This document shows, piece by piece, positions 63,406 through 64,000 of a stretch of DNA of 64,000 nucleotides. Origin of the DNA: Pelagibacteraceae bacterium AG-426-G09 (GTDB taxonomy: Bacteria > Pseudomonadota > Alphaproteobacteria > Pelagibacterales > Pelagibacteraceae); NCBI GenBank assembly GCA_003210075.1, contig QCNR01000003.1:8351-72350 (forward strand). The letters are read 5' to 3'. Under the pieces are notes generated by a model, which saw only the letters and a program-made list of their open reading frames with translations, ran no database searches and was not told where the DNA came from. Both the position numbers and the translations under genes were made by a program. Each line of letters starts with the position of its first letter. Position 1 is the first letter of the stretch.

Positions 63406-64000
63406 ATGAATAATTATTTTGTATTACTGGCAGCTGGAAAAGGCCAAAGATTTAGCCAAAATAAACCAAAGCAGTATTTTGATTATAAAGATAAAAAATT
63501 AATTCAACATTCAGTCGACAAAGCACTAGCTTCAAAACTATTCAAAAAAATTATAATTGTTCAATCTAAAAAATATAAAAATATCTTTAAAAATTATAAT
63601 AAGCAAAAAATTGTAATAATAGAGGGTGGAAAAGAAAGAAATGACTCATCTTTAAATGCATTAAAAAAAATAAAAAAATATAAACCTAATAATGTATTTA
63701 TTCATGATGCTGCTAGACCAAATTTTTCAAATAAATTATTAACAAAACTATTAAAACAACTTAAAATTCATAAAGCTGTTGTCCCATTCGTAAATTCACA
63801 AGACTCTGTTAAATTAAGAAAAAATAACAAATATTTCAATTTAGATAGAGATAAAATTCTTTTTACGCAAACACCTCAGGCCTTTAGATTTAAAGATTTA
63901 TATAATTTAGCAATTAAACAAAAAAAAAGGATAACTGATGAAGCCTCACTTTTTGTAAGCAATAATCTAAAAGTTAAATTTATTTTAGGTGAAAATAGAA
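63406..64000 (+). CDS. ispD: 2-C-methyl-D-erythritol 4-phosphate cytidylyltransferase (IspD or IspDF, partial)
   Basis: Translates MNNYFVLLAAGKGQRF...KPKQY...GGKERNDS...FIHDAARP...QTPQAF...TDEAS; open at the window end. Confidence 0.92.
   Translation, partial: MNNYFVLLAAGKGQRFSQNKPKQYFDYKDKKLIQHSVDKALASKLFKKIIIVQSKKYKNIFKNYNKQKIVIIEGGKERNDSSLNALKKIKKYKPNNVFIHDAARPNFSNKLLTKLLKQLKIHKAVVPFVNSQDSVKLRKNNKYFNLDRDKILFTQTPQAFRFKDLYNLAIKQKKRITDEASLFVSNNLKVKFILGENR

Overview
Very AT-rich, tightly packed chromosomal segment. Gene content and order point to a streamlined alphaproteobacterium, most likely SAR11/Pelagibacterales (inferred, not database-checked). Most of it is core genes, about 50 of 62 CDSs on the minus strand: glpX-recJ, mltB-rlpA-dac-tmk-holB-metG-tatD, recG, ssb-gyrA-coaD-ppi-tgt, uvrA, argS-nagZ-scpAB-tatABC-serS-yajC-secDF, valS-ilvD, the aapJQMP amino-acid ABC transporter, ntrY-ntrX-trkA-trkH and partial ispD. 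It also holds 7 tRNAs. The most unusual part is the first 2.4 kb. A lone Cre-like tyrosine recombinase has a lox-like inverted repeat (15-7-15 bp) just before its ATG, a candidate single-recombinase chromosome dimer resolution module. Divergent from it is an unannotated ~190-nt structured RNA with two GNRA-capped hairpins, two hairpins with near-identical, potentially kissing GUAGCGC loops, and a U-tailed terminator. Also notable: an 87-aa candidate SPOR-less mini-FtsN between argS and nagZ, CDSs starting 2-4 nt after tRNA CCA ends, a PAS-less NtrY with dusB-ntrBC missing, and two interrupted genes (in-frame TAA in recJ, homopolymer frameshift in sbmA/bacA) that may be sequencing errors.
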